DNA of 64,000 nt from an uncultured Candidatus Saccharibacteria bacterium (GCA_964367745.1 CAYIYK010000003.1:10248-74247); one strand, 5' to 3'; positions 38,993-49,676 are shown, counted from the stretch's first letter. Numbers and translations are program-made. The notes: generated from the sequence alone by a model not told the origin.

Positions 38993-40366
38993 ACCGTATC
39001 TAACAAACCATCCTCGAACTATTGATATTCCCTTTCGAAGGATTATTTTATCTTCTTCTTTGAAACCAAAGATAATTTTAAAATCAAAATGGAATCCTTT
39101 ATCCTGATTTTTTGTGTATATATAGTTTGCAATAACCATAATTAAAGGTACGAGTACAAATTCAAGAGACAATCCCCAAAGACCGATAATTGGTAGGGTA
39201 GAAACGATGAGACCAAGAGTCAAACTATTTCTTAATAGATGTAGAAAGAAAAGGTATTTTTGTTTTCGTAGTGCTATGAGATAGTTGCCGATTATGATTC
39301 CACTTGCAAATATTGGTAAATTCAAGAGCATAAAGTAGAACAATGGTATTGATTGTGCGTATTTTGAGAAGAAAGTATAGACGACTGGTGGCACGACAAC
39401 AATCGCTGATATAACCACCAATATACTTCCAAGTACAAAATATTTTATTCCATAAGAAAACATTTTTACCGATAGATGTTTGTCTTTTATCCAAAGTGGT
39501 ACGAGAGATTGCATTGTATTACTTGGAATTAGATCTTGAATAGTTGTAACAATAGTCTCTGCGATAGAATATATAGCCACTGCTTCTGTGCCAATGAAAA
39601 GTTTAACCAGCCAAGGTTTAACCCTGAAAGTTATTTTATTTATAAATTGTCGAAGCACATCCCAAGTACCATAGGTGGTGAAAATATTCCACAACAATAC
39701 ATTTGGAGTAGCTACAATATGACTCCATTTGAAATATACCTTGAAGAATTGATATGAAACTGCCAAAACACTGAGTGATGAAGCGATGATTATAGATAGT
39801 ATCAATTGTTTCAAACCAAGATTGCCTTGCAGGAAATAATAAATAAGTACAATAGATTGAATAGCTTTATTTATAGTATATCTCTGAGCAACTACTGAGA
39901 ACTTCAATCTGACTAGACATAGTAATCGTATAAGAACGAACAATCCTTCACTCAAAATCACAAAAGAAATCATTCTCATATCTTTTACGAAATCGATATC
40001 GTAAGATTTAAAGAAGTAAACTGAACCGAAGAATATTATTGCCCAAGCAATGAAAGTTATAACTATTCTAACCAAAGAATATTCTAAGAAAATTCTCTTT
40101 GCATCACTAAGTCTATTGTCAGCAATTGCTCGAGACATTTCATTTGAGATAATAGCTGAACCAAGATTCAAAACATCAGACGGTACACCTGAAAAAGAAA
40201 GTAGGAGTTGGAATACACCGTACTGATACAGGGTAAGAGATGTAATGGTTAAGAATGTATTCAATAGACCTATTGCCTTTGTCACAAGATTCCAAAAGGT
40301 TGAAATAGCTTCCCCTTTTAAGAAAATAGCCATAAATGACGGCTTTTTTTGAGTATTTGTATCCAT
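38978..40366 (-). CDS. Polysaccharide biosynthesis protein / Wzx-like flippase (MOP superfamily)
   Basis: 462 aa with about 12-14 TM helices. The size and topology are typical of Wzx/RfbX-type oligosaccharide flippases. Confidence 0.6.
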   Translation of the reverse strand: MDTNTQKKPSFMAIFLKGEAISTFWNLVTKAIGLLNTFLTITSLTLYQYGVFQLLLSFSGVPSDVLNLGSAIISNEMSRAIADNRLSDAKRIFLEYSLVRIVITFIAWAIIFFGSVYFFKSYDIDFVKDMRMISFVILSEGLFVLIRLLCLVRLKFSVVAQRYTINKAIQSIVLIYYFLQGNLGLKQLILSIIIASSLSVLAVSYQFFKVYFKWSHIVATPNVLLWNIFTTYGTWDVLRQFINKITFRVKPWLVKLFIGTEAVAIYSIAETIVTTIQDLIPSNTMQSLVPLWIKDKHLSVKMFSYGIKYFVLGSILVVISAIVVVPPVVYTFFSKYAQSIPLFYFMLLNLPIFASGIIIGNYLIALRKQKYLFFLHLLRNSLTLGLIVSTLPIIGLWGLSLEFVLVPLIMVIANYIYTKNQDKGFHFDFKIIFGFKEEDKIILRKGISIVRGWFVRYGLLTQ

Positions 40367-40389
40367 AACTCAATATACTATCATAAATT

Positions 40390-41814
40390 GTGATAACCAT
40401 ATATAATCTTAAAAAATACAATTTTATGAAAAATATATCCAAAAAGGCTTTCATTATCATATTTTTAATAATCGTATCCGTAAATTTCCTTTATGCTATA
40501 TCATATAAAATAAAACCAGCTGTAGATGCTGAAGCATATGATGAAATAGCGACAAATATCGTTGAACACGAACAGTACAGATCGAGCTTTAACGTTCCTC
40601 TAGAACTTGATGGTTCAATATCAAGAATCGGTCCTGGATATGAATTGTTCTTAGCTACAAATTATCTATTCTTTGGAAAACATTTTTGGATTATTTGGTT
40701 ATTCCAAGCAATACTTTATGCTTTGACTATTGTAATGCTTGGCTTGATGAGTCTAAAGTTATTCCCTGTTTTAAATCAAAACACAAAAATCCTTTATGGT
40801 TCGATGATTGTCTTTGGTCTACTTATCGATATTATTCAGTTGAATGCAATGATAATGACCGAATCCCTTTTCCTATTTCTTCTAACTCTTTCTTTCTTTA
40901 TTTGGTCACAAATTTACAATCATGATCCAAAGATAAAATATGGACTGTGGATTATCCTTGGTTTCGTCTTGGGATTGTTAACCCTTACAAGACCAACAGG
41001 TCTTCTAGTTTTTGTTTTATTAAGTGGAGCAACTATATATAGGAAAAAACTTGGTTCAATACTTGCAATATGCCTTATTGCTATTCCTTTTATCTTAATC
41101 CAAGTTCCTTGGTTTGTAAGAAATTATCATGTATATAATCAATTCATTTTTCACTCTAGTGCTGATGGTCTGAATTTCTTAAGTGGCAACTATCCCGGTA
41201 ATCATGGAGAATTTACTTCTGATTTCCCTTTTTATAAAGAATTAAAAGAGAAATACCCATCCCCAGTAGAATTAAATAGTGAAGCAAAGAAGTGGTATAA
41301 AGATTTTGTATTACATCACCCTATTCAAGCTACAAAAATACTAATTGAAAAAGCTTTAATATTCTTTTCACTTACCAAAACTTCTGGCTTTTGGTTCCAT
41401 TATTTTGGAAAGACTGATCAGATACTTACGATCCTCATATCAATATTTCAAAACTTTATAATACTTGGAAGTATTATATTGTATGGAACGATGGTTGTTA
41501 AAAGATGGATAAATAAACAATTCCTTCTACCAGACATATTCCTTGCTTCAACTTTTGTAGTATTAACAGTAACTCCAATAATTTCAGTTATAGCAAATAG
41601 ACATAGACTTCCACTAGTTATAATGTCTCTGCCTTTATTCGTCTATGTTGCATATATAATAAAAAATAACTTTAGAAAAATGAAATGGGAAATCGCTATT
41701 ACGATTCTTATCCTTATCGCAAGTACAGGTTTTGATCTATTCTTACAATTCGATAAATTCAAATCAAAGATACATTCAGTGAATAAAAATCCAGCAGAAA
41801 CAGTAACTAAATAA
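40390..41814 (+). CDS. GT-C fold membrane glycosyltransferase (ArnT/PMT/GT39/83-like)
   Basis: 474 aa, polytopic. The Asp-containing first periplasmic loop (PAVDAEAYDEIATNIVEHEQY) resembles GT-C DE/DD motif regions. Confidence 0.5.
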   Translation: MITIYNLKKYNFMKNISKKAFIIIFLIIVSVNFLYAISYKIKPAVDAEAYDEIATNIVEHEQYRSSFNVPLELDGSISRIGPGYELFLATNYLFFGKHFWIIWLFQAILYALTIVMLGLMSLKLFPVLNQNTKILYGSMIVFGLLIDIIQLNAMIMTESLFLFLLTLSFFIWSQIYNHDPKIKYGLWIILGFVLGLLTLTRPTGLLVFVLLSGATIYRKKLGSILAICLIAIPFILIQVPWFVRNYHVYNQFIFHSSADGLNFLSGNYPGNHGEFTSDFPFYKELKEKYPSPVELNSEAKKWYKDFVLHHPIQATKILIEKALIFFSLTKTSGFWFHYFGKTDQILTILISIFQNFIILGSIILYGTMVVKRWINKQFLLPDIFLASTFVVLTVTPIISVIANRHRLPLVIMSLPLFVYVAYIIKNNFRKMKWEIAITILILIASTGFDLFLQFDKFKSKIHSVNKNPAETVTK

Positions 41815-41817
41815 TTT

Positions 41818-43476
41818 ATGATTAAGAAAATTATAAAACACCCATTAAGTTATATATTACTTTTTGCTTTTTTAATTCGTATAGTAATGATCAAATACGG
41901 TTTGCCATTCTGGCTATACAATGACGAACCACCTTTTGTACTTACAACACTGAAGATGTTCCAACTAAAAACACTGTTACCAGTGTTACATGAAGCTGAT
42001 TTCAAGCCTTTCATGTATTACCCTCCTTATATTAGTTATCTATATATTCCCTTCTTTTTATTTTCTATAGCACTATCATGGATTGGTTTTGATGGAAACC
42101 TTAGTGAGTTACAGAATGTCTTGGCTAGTGATCCTTCTATATTTTTCATAACAGCGAGAGTAATAATGATTTTTATTAGTATATTAACAATTTATTTAAT
42201 ATATAAAATAACTCAATCATTAACTCAAAGTAAGACAGCATCACTTTATTCTGCAATCCTTTCTTCAACAAGTTTAATGTTTATAAGTCTTTCAATCACA
42301 GGCAAACACTGGGTACCAATACTTTTCTTTTATACACTTTGTCTTTTTATACTTACACGTCCGAATTGGTCTATTAAAAAGAGATATATATTGTCAGCAG
42401 TTACTATTGGTATCGGAACTGGTGTAGGTACTGTGGTGATTCTTTTTTCAGTTGTTATTTTCCTTTGGTATATAACGTACGATAAAGTAAGTATGAAAGA
42501 AAGTTTGACTAGCTTACTTATGTACAAACTAGGTTTTATCGTAGTTATTTTATCTTTTATTCCAGTTCTTCTTTATCCTGCAAGTCTTGGTTTCGTACCA
42601 GACACAACATTACATGGAGGTAAAACTCTTTTAGGATTCATAACTAGTCCTTTTGTCTTTCCATTCCCTTTTATCGCCACGGAACCAGTTTTGGTATTAC
42701 TTAGTCTTATTGGTTTATATCTCGGTTTTAAAAAATACAAACCATTCTATATAACATCTATCATTTTTACAGTGTTTTACAGTATGATATTCTATGTATT
42801 TTTCAGATTCGAATACCGTTTCCTTTTACCTCTTGTATTGTTCTTAATAGTTGGATCAGCAATAGGAATAAATGAGATTAGGAATAAATACCCAAACAAA
42901 TATTCTAAAGCATTTATTTATCTAATTCTTCTAATCCCAATATTATTCTCTTTGAGACTTAGTTATCTTGGTTATGTAAATGATTCAAGAATAAAAGCAA
43001 AAGAATGGTTGAATGCCAATACCGAAGCTGATGACAAAGTTATCGTCTATGCAAACCTTATGAGAATAGCGAATAATAAAAATGGAATATTGGAACAAGA
43101 ATTCATCGATTCTAGATCATTGAGGACAAATGATAAAAACATGTTGAATATTCGAGACGGTTTGATAAAAGAGAAGACATTCCACGCTTTAAATCTATAT
43201 ACAGTTGAGAACGACAATTTCTACAAAATGATTGATGTTTATGCAAAAAAGAATGGCTATAAATATCTAATATTTAGTAAAAAAGATTTCTTAGATAAAT
43301 CTGAACAGTTTGAGTATGTTAAAAATCTTACAAAAGATGCTAAACTTATGGCAAGCTATGGTAATAATGAGAGTAACTATTCCCTATCAAAAACAGACAT
43401 TGGACCTAATTTATTACCTTTCTTTAGAATAAATGAATTCGGACCAGAGATAGAGATATATAAATTGAATAACTAA
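41818..43476 (+). CDS. GT-C fold membrane glycosyltransferase (ArnT/PMT-like), second copy with soluble C-terminal domain
   Basis: 552 aa with about 11 N-terminal TM helices and a first loop reading LYNDEPPF. The roughly 170 aa C-terminal domain is hydrophilic. Confidence 0.5.
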   Translation: MIKKIIKHPLSYILLFAFLIRIVMIKYGLPFWLYNDEPPFVLTTLKMFQLKTLLPVLHEADFKPFMYYPPYISYLYIPFFLFSIALSWIGFDGNLSELQNVLASDPSIFFITARVIMIFISILTIYLIYKITQSLTQSKTASLYSAILSSTSLMFISLSITGKHWVPILFFYTLCLFILTRPNWSIKKRYILSAVTIGIGTGVGTVVILFSVVIFLWYITYDKVSMKESLTSLLMYKLGFIVVILSFIPVLLYPASLGFVPDTTLHGGKTLLGFITSPFVFPFPFIATEPVLVLLSLIGLYLGFKKYKPFYITSIIFTVFYSMIFYVFFRFEYRFLLPLVLFLIVGSAIGINEIRNKYPNKYSKAFIYLILLIPILFSLRLSYLGYVNDSRIKAKEWLNANTEADDKVIVYANLMRIANNKNGILEQEFIDSRSLRTNDKNMLNIRDGLIKEKTFHALNLYTVENDNFYKMIDVYAKKNGYKYLIFSKKDFLDKSEQFEYVKNLTKDAKLMASYGNNESNYSLSKTDIGPNLLPFFRINEFGPEIEIYKLNN

Positions 43477-44240
43477 TGAAAATCACGATAATAATACCAA
43501 CATACAATGAGGGTGAAGCAATCGGTAATCTTCTCGATGCGGTTATTGCTGAGACAAAGGAAATAAAGAATCATATATTTTCTATTCTTATCGTTGACGG
43601 GAATTCAAAAGACAATACTCAAGAGAATGTTAGAAACAAATCAAATAAATACAACAATATAAAACTAATTGTTGAAAAAAGTAAATGCGGTCTTGGGAAT
43701 GCGTATCTAGAAGGAATGAATTATGCAATAAACAATCTTGGTGCGGATGCCTTCATGGAATTTGATGGTGATTTCCAGCACAATCCAAAAGATATAAAGA
43801 AGTTGGTAGAAAAACTAGATCAAGGATACGAATATATAATCGGATCAAGATATATAAAAGGAGGAACGATTCCAAAAGAATGGCCTTGGTACAGGAAAGC
43901 TATTAGTTCATTCGGAAATATCGTTATAAGTATAGGATTAAGACTTGGTATAAATGATGCAACTTCAGGATTCAAACTATCAAGAGTTGGTAAATTCAAA
44001 GACTCGATGCCATTAAAACAAGGACAATTGATCTCTCTTCGACATGCATATAAGATCCATTTTCTTTATAATATAGTAAAAGCTGGAGCAAAAACAGTAG
44101 AAGTTCCCATAGAATTCTTGAATCGAAATAAAGGAATATCAAAGAGTACTTTCGAAGATATTATAGAATCATTAAGAGTTGTCTTTGTTTTGATTATCAA
44201 AGGTAGAAACAACAGCATTGTTTTTAAAAATAAATCTTGA
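43476..44240 (+). CDS. GT2 polyprenyl-phosphate glycosyltransferase (DPM1/GtrB/ArnC-like)
   Basis: 254 aa starting MKITIIIPTYNEGEAIGNLL. It has the VDGNSKDNT and DGDFQHNP (DxD region) motifs typical of dolichyl/undecaprenyl-phosphate sugar synthases. Confidence 0.75.
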   Translation: MKITIIIPTYNEGEAIGNLLDAVIAETKEIKNHIFSILIVDGNSKDNTQENVRNKSNKYNNIKLIVEKSKCGLGNAYLEGMNYAINNLGADAFMEFDGDFQHNPKDIKKLVEKLDQGYEYIIGSRYIKGGTIPKEWPWYRKAISSFGNIVISIGLRLGINDATSGFKLSRVGKFKDSMPLKQGQLISLRHAYKIHFLYNIVKAGAKTVEVPIEFLNRNKGISKSTFEDIIESLRVVFVLIIKGRNNSIVFKNKS

Positions 44241-44603
44241 ATAGATAAAGTAACTACTGATAGCAAGTAAACCTGAAGCTAGTATTTGACTTAGGAAATA
44301 GTGAATATGGAAGTGATCTACAAATAAATACATTAAAAGTGTATTCACACCAAGATTTACGCTTGAGACAATAAAATAAATAGTTGTTTGTTTGTGAACA
44401 TCTTCGATACTTTTATCCTGAAATGTCCAGAACTTTTGCAATATAAAACTAACAGAGAATGCTATTAGGAAAGCAAGAATTGCTGAAATCAAATAATTTA
44501 TCTTAAAAATATCAACAAAAATAGCTAGGAAGGCCAAGTTAACAACCGCTGCAGTTCCACCAGATATTATATATTTTATTGTCTTAATTATTTTGGTTCT
44601 CAT
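44172..44603 (-). CDS. GtrA-family small membrane protein (polyprenyl-P-sugar flippase-like)
   Basis: 143 aa with 4 TM helices. The N-terminal motif IKYIISGGTAAVVNLAFLAIFV is typical of GtrA. Confidence 0.7.
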   Translation of the reverse strand: MRTKIIKTIKYIISGGTAAVVNLAFLAIFVDIFKINYLISAILAFLIAFSVSFILQKFWTFQDKSIEDVHKQTTIYFIVSSVNLGVNTLLMYLFVDHFHIHYFLSQILASGLLAISSYFIYSRFIFKNNAVVSTFDNQNKDNS

Positions 44604-45289
44604 TGCTTAACAATCACGCACTGACCAACTGTAGTAACTATTGGAATTTCCTTTTTATCAATCAAGAATTCATCTAAAGCTTTTTTAACTCCTGGAGTAT
44701 TCTTGCCCATATAGTCATCGAAAAATATGAATCCCCCTTTTAACATCTTTGGATAGAAGAAGTTCAACGAATCAAGAGTTGATTGATAAATATCAACATC
44801 AATATAGACAAAAGAGAAATTCTCACTTTGTGCTGGAGCACTTGTATCTGGGAAAAATCCTGGGCAAAAAACTATGTCCTTTGCATCTTTAAAAATCTCT
44901 TTTACACCTTCTAAAGAAGTATTTATAAAATCACCTTCTTTATGTAAATCTATCTCTTCATTTACCTTTGGCATTCCTTTGAAAGTATCGAAAAGATAAA
45001 ACTTCTTACCATTTCCTTCTTTTGCATGAGCTATTAGTCTCGCAGACCCACCACGAAATACTCCTACTTGCGCCATCGCTCCAGGGAAGCGTTTTGCTTG
45101 TCTTGCAAACTGCCAAAGCATAAACAATCTATCTCTTTCAAGCATTGTATATGGACTTACTTTTTTGTAAGCATTCTCAAAATCATTATCCTTTGCCCAA
45201 GAGATAAAATCCATTCTTACATCTGTACGAGTAATGGTATAGCCTGTTTTATCAATTATTTTTTTAATTAAATCTTTTATTTTTTTCAT
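44600..45289 (-). CDS. TylF/MycF (macrocin-O-methyltransferase) family sugar O-methyltransferase
   Basis: 229 aa containing the TylF-like blocks MAQVGVFRGGSARLIA and FYLFDTFKGMP. Confidence 0.7.
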   Translation of the reverse strand: MKKIKDLIKKIIDKTGYTITRTDVRMDFISWAKDNDFENAYKKVSPYTMLERDRLFMLWQFARQAKRFPGAMAQVGVFRGGSARLIAHAKEGNGKKFYLFDTFKGMPKVNEEIDLHKEGDFINTSLEGVKEIFKDAKDIVFCPGFFPDTSAPAQSENFSFVYIDVDIYQSTLDSLNFFYPKMLKGGFIFFDDYMGKNTPGVKKALDEFLIDKKEIPIVTTVGQCVIVKQ

Positions 45290-45879
45290 TTTGTTGCGTA
45301 TAAATAATAACCGTAAGTTGTTGTCTTTTTTGCAGTACCAAAAATCTTATCCAAAATAGTTGATAATGGATGCAAAATAAATTTCAATTTATGTTGCATT
45401 GGAAAGAAGAAAGATAAGGTCTTAAAGTATCCTCCAGCTTTTATAAGTTCAACCTTAGAAAAGCCTTCGAACATAAATAATAACGAATCATCGAAGAATC
45501 TCCAATAGTCAGGATATGAGCCTTTTCTTGCATGGTATGGATATATAGAAGGAACATAAACAAATATCTTACCTCCCTTTTTCAATACCCTTTTTAGCTC
45601 CAAAACTGCTCTTATAGGGTCTTTTACATGCTCTAGCACCGAACTACATATAACAGCGTCTACACTTTCATCCTTTAATGGTATAGCGTGTATATCACCG
45701 ATAACATCTGCACCCGTATGTGCATCATAATCCATTGTCTTGTAATCACAGTTCTTAAATAGATCCTTATAAGGTTCTAGCCATTTCTGGAATCGATCGC
45801 CTCCACCAATATCTAATACGATCTTTTCTTTACTTATCAAAACCATCTTTTCATCTACAAATTTTTGATAGTGTGTCAT
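45286..45879 (-). CDS. Class I SAM-dependent methyltransferase (Methyltransf_11-like)
   Basis: 197 aa. Motif I is LDIGGGD and the post-II region is VDAVICSSVLEHVKDP. Confidence 0.7.
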   Translation of the reverse strand: MTHYQKFVDEKMVLISKEKIVLDIGGGDRFQKWLEPYKDLFKNCDYKTMDYDAHTGADVIGDIHAIPLKDESVDAVICSSVLEHVKDPIRAVLELKRVLKKGGKIFVYVPSIYPYHARKGSYPDYWRFFDDSLLFMFEGFSKVELIKAGGYFKTLSFFFPMQHKLKFILHPLSTILDKIFGTAKKTTTYGYYLYATK

Positions 45880-45883
45880 ATAT

Positions 45884-46573
45884 TTATTTTGTAAATCTTG
45901 TTCTTATAATAGTACCGAGAATCATAAATCCGTGCTTCCAATTTATTTTCTTACCTTCTGAATAACTTCGTGGGTTGTAATGTATTGGTACATCTACAGT
46001 CTTATATCCCATTTTCAAAGCCTTACAAACCAATTCATTCTCATAATCAAAACTATTTGCTTTAACATCGATTTTTCTTGCTAATTCTTTTGTTATGGCT
46101 TTATAACATCCTTCATATTCACCTGCATGATTTAAGTATAAAATATTTGTAAGCCAAGTTATAGTGAAGTTCCCTATTGTACCAAGGAAATAAAGTACTT
46201 TTCTCCCCGTATGTCTATCTTCTATTCTAACCCCTAGAGTCACTTCAGTTTTACTATCAAGTATAGGTTGAATAACCGCTTTAAAATCATTTGGATCATA
46301 TTCTAGATCTGCATCTTGTATTATAAAAATATCTCCTGTTGCTTCTTTGAAGCCTTTTTTAACAGCTGCACCTTTTCCAGGAATAGTTTCTTTAAAAACC
46401 CTAACTCCTTGTATTGAACTAGCGATGTTGTAAGTATTATCTTTTGAATTGTTATCGACAACAATAATCTCTTTTTCGATATTCCCAATATCCGCCTTTT
46501 TTACCAATTCTACTATCTTTTGAATTGTCTTTTCTTCATTGTATGCAGGAATAACGATGGAAAGTTTTTTCAT
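45884..46573 (-). CDS. Glycosyltransferase family 2
   Basis: 229 aa. Motifs LSIVIPAYNEEKTI, VDNNSKDNT and QDADLEY form the DxD region. Confidence 0.7.
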   Translation of the reverse strand: MKKLSIVIPAYNEEKTIQKIVELVKKADIGNIEKEIIVVDNNSKDNTYNIASSIQGVRVFKETIPGKGAAVKKGFKEATGDIFIIQDADLEYDPNDFKAVIQPILDSKTEVTLGVRIEDRHTGRKVLYFLGTIGNFTITWLTNILYLNHAGEYEGCYKAITKELARKIDVKANSFDYENELVCKALKMGYKTVDVPIHYNPRSYSEGKKINWKHGFMILGTIIRTRFTK

Positions 46574-47709
46574 AATTTTTTAACTATTATAACATCTTTA
46601 ACTATAGATATATGGGTATCAGTAACTACATCCCATGATTGATTTAATGGCAATGAATTGACGATTTCTATCATGTTTGGATAGAGTTTTTTATCAAACA
46701 TATTTAATATTTTATTCTCCAATTCCTTTTTATCAAATGGATCAAATAAGAACTCTTCTGGCAAGACAACAGATAGACCGTTTCCTTTTGTAAGTAGTAC
46801 CGGTTTGCCCAAAGAAAGAGATTCGAGTATAAAGTTTGGATTGAATTCTGAAAGAGCTGGTCCAATACATACAGTTGAATTTCTAATATAATCAAATAAT
46901 TCATTTTGAGGAACTGAATTCTTAAAGATTACAATTTCTTTCATTGATAATTTATCTACCAAATCAACTAATTTATTTTTATCTGGACCACTACCAACCA
47001 AGATAAACTTTCCCTTACCGATCTTTTTTACTACATTATTAAAAACTTTGATCACTAATTCTAGATTTTTATAACTAACGAATCTTCCAGCAAAAAGTAG
47101 TGTTGGTATATCCTGTATTTGAGAATTAGACTTTTCTTTTCTTACTACAGGATTCTTAACTATTACAATTTTATCTTGATTTGCATCGTAATAATTTATA
47201 TAAAAATCTTTAAAAAATTGACCGTAAACTATTATTTTATCTGCTTTTTTTATAATAAATCTTATTAGTTTATAAAGTATTGGTTTATCAATTCTATATA
47301 ATCCTTGTTTATAGTAATCATCAATAGTTATAAACCTCTTCCCCATTTCTACTGTCCTTTCCCAAATAGGATCACCCCCAATTCTTATAATAAATGGCTT
47401 TCTAAAGATAATAGATGCCAAGCAAGCAGGTAAGCCGGCAGCAGTTGGATCAAAAGCATAAATTGCTTTACTACCAATACCCTTACACATAACAATAAAA
47501 TAGTATGTTAACCATTGCAAAACCTTAGGCAAACGTCTCGATACTCGAATAACTTTGAATGGAAATTTCTTATTTGTCTTATCATCTCCATAAGCAAGTA
47601 CAGTTACATCGAAACCATTAGCCTGTAAAGCCTCAGCAATTTTCTGTACATGTATAGCGGGACCTCCAACATCAGGATAAAAAATTCCAGCTGCAAATAA
47701 GATTTTCAT
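46570..47709 (-). CDS. Glycosyltransferase family 4 (GT-B)
   Basis: 379 aa. The N-terminus MKILFAAGIFYPDVGGPAIHVQKIAEAL matches Glyco_trans_4, and the C-terminal region matches Glycos_transf_1. Confidence 0.7.
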   Translation of the reverse strand: MKILFAAGIFYPDVGGPAIHVQKIAEALQANGFDVTVLAYGDDKTNKKFPFKVIRVSRRLPKVLQWLTYYFIVMCKGIGSKAIYAFDPTAAGLPACLASIIFRKPFIIRIGGDPIWERTVEMGKRFITIDDYYKQGLYRIDKPILYKLIRFIIKKADKIIVYGQFFKDFYINYYDANQDKIVIVKNPVVRKEKSNSQIQDIPTLLFAGRFVSYKNLELVIKVFNNVVKKIGKGKFILVGSGPDKNKLVDLVDKLSMKEIVIFKNSVPQNELFDYIRNSTVCIGPALSEFNPNFILESLSLGKPVLLTKGNGLSVVLPEEFLFDPFDKKELENKILNMFDKKLYPNMIEIVNSLPLNQSWDVVTDTHISIVKDVIIVKKL

Positions 47710-47754
47710 ATTTTAATATTGTCACCTTAATAATATTGCTATACTATATCAAAC

Positions 47755-48663
47755 ATGGATAAAAAACTAAATGTCGCAATAATCGGTATAGGTAAATGGG
47801 GTAAGAACCTAACTGAAGCTTTTTTGAGACAAGGTGCAAATATTAAATACTGTTTTAATAAAGGTTCAATAGAAAATGTAAAATGGTTAAAAGAAAAGCA
47901 TCCTGATATTGAACTAGCTTCAAGCTATGAAGATATTCTTTCAGACAAAACAATTGATTCAATAATAGTTGCTACTCCTATAAAGACTCACTTTGAAATT
48001 ACAAAAAAGGCTTTGCTAGCAAAAAAAAATGTTTTTCTTGAAAAACCTGGAACTGAGACTGTGGAAGAATTGGAAGAACTCAAAAAACTTCATGTAGATA
48101 ACGATCTAATACTTACTGTTGGTTATATTTTTGTACACCATCCAGTCTGCACATATATTAAAAAACTACTAAATAACGAGAAAATAATTAGTATACATTT
48201 CGAATGGAATAAATGGGGATCATTCGGAGAGGATATAATACTTAATCTTTTTTCACATGAGATTTCATTATTAAAAACTTTTGGTATAGATATTGAAGAA
48301 AAGACGATAAGTTTCGAAACCCATTCTCATATTTCTGAAAAAGATATTGTTGTATTTAATGCAGAGGGTAAAAATGGAGAAAAAATAACAATAAATATAA
48401 ATAGAGTGAGTTTGGATAAGAAAAAAACAGTCACTATTAAAACTAATAAGAACTCATACATTTGGCTAAATAATGAATTAAAAATTATTAATATGGATCA
48501 GATTAATACAAACATTGAAGTATCAAATGTGCCAGCATTAGATATTGAAGTTGCAAATTTTATATCTAATATACAAAACAAAAATAAGCCTTTAGTTGAT
48601 CTGGATTTTTCAATAGATGTACTTAAAACTACTTCTTTTTTATTAGATTCAAAACATCCTTAG
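47755..48663 (+). CDS. Gfo/Idh/MocA-family NAD(P)-dependent oxidoreductase
   Basis: 302 aa. The N-terminal Rossmann segment NVAIIGIGKWGKN and the EKP motif (VFLEKPGTE) are present. Confidence 0.6.
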   Translation: MDKKLNVAIIGIGKWGKNLTEAFLRQGANIKYCFNKGSIENVKWLKEKHPDIELASSYEDILSDKTIDSIIVATPIKTHFEITKKALLAKKNVFLEKPGTETVEELEELKKLHVDNDLILTVGYIFVHHPVCTYIKKLLNNEKIISIHFEWNKWGSFGEDIILNLFSHEISLLKTFGIDIEEKTISFETHSHISEKDIVVFNAEGKNGEKITININRVSLDKKKTVTIKTNKNSYIWLNNELKIINMDQINTNIEVSNVPALDIEVANFISNIQNKNKPLVDLDFSIDVLKTTSFLLDSKHP

Positions 48664-49675
48664 CTGCTTGAACACAGTTCCCTATTTTCCCAGAAAAAAC
48701 TTGTATTAGACGCTTATTTAACTTACTTACAATAGTTGGCCTTTCATCTGTCTTATCTTTATTTGGTAGTACCGTTCTTATTGTATACATTGAACCTATA
48801 TGTTCTGCTTTTGCCATATCGGGAATTATTTCTGAAGCAGATTTAAGAAATTTTTTGATATTTGTAATAGAAGGATCCTTAATTATCCCTTTATTTAAAA
48901 ATGGAACAATTTTTTTTGGAATCTTTGGAAAGGATCCGTTGTTTGTAGAATGTATAGCATGAACGACATTACCCATCACATGCATATCAGTCCTACCGTA
49001 AGGATCGATACAGAAAAATGGCCCATCTAAAATAACTATACTTTTTTTATTATATTCTTTAGGTAGTTTTATTAAGGGTTTTTCACAAACTTCAAATTGA
49101 TACTCATTGTGATTATCTTTGTTTTCTATAACAGAATTTAGATTGGCATAAGTACAATTTATAATATAATCATAATCATTTGAATTATTTGAAAAGCTTG
49201 TATTTAAAAATTGTTTTACTTTATTTTTATAAAGACGATTACTAACTATTTCTTTAAGTTTAGCGTGATCTATAATCGATTCTTTAACCCTAACGGATAG
49301 TTCGATCTTGTCTTTCTTTGCATGAGGCAAATCAACTATTTCAAAATCTAAATCACATCTTTTACAAAAATCCATGAATTGTTTAGCGGAAACCTTACTT
49401 CCTTGTGATGCTATACAATAATAATGCTCATTATCATTCACTACAGAATCTTTATACTCTTTTCTAAAAGAATTCTCTGAGTCACGAGAAGAAATAGCGG
49501 TCTCATCACTTCTTGGATAATGATAACCAACATGCAACCTAAACTGATTTGCACCAGATGCACCCATCAATATATCTGATTCTCTCTCAAAAATTTCAAC
49601 CTTAAAACCTTTTTCAGCAAGCTTGATAGCTACAGTAGTTCCAAATATTCCAGCTCCGACAACTGCGATTTTCAT
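48629..49675 (-). CDS. FAD-dependent oxidoreductase (DAO-like)
   Basis: 348 aa. The N-terminal FAD dinucleotide-binding motif is MKIAVVGAGIFGTTVAIKLAEKGFKVEIFE. Confidence 0.65.
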   Translation of the reverse strand: MKIAVVGAGIFGTTVAIKLAEKGFKVEIFERESDILMGASGANQFRLHVGYHYPRSDETAISSRDSENSFRKEYKDSVVNDNEHYYCIASQGSKVSAKQFMDFCKRCDLDFEIVDLPHAKKDKIELSVRVKESIIDHAKLKEIVSNRLYKNKVKQFLNTSFSNNSNDYDYIINCTYANLNSVIENKDNHNEYQFEVCEKPLIKLPKEYNKKSIVILDGPFFCIDPYGRTDMHVMGNVVHAIHSTNNGSFPKIPKKIVPFLNKGIIKDPSITNIKKFLKSASEIIPDMAKAEHIGSMYTIRTVLPNKDKTDERPTIVSKLNKRLIQVFSGKIGNCVQAAKDVLNLIKKK

Positions 49676-49676
49676 T

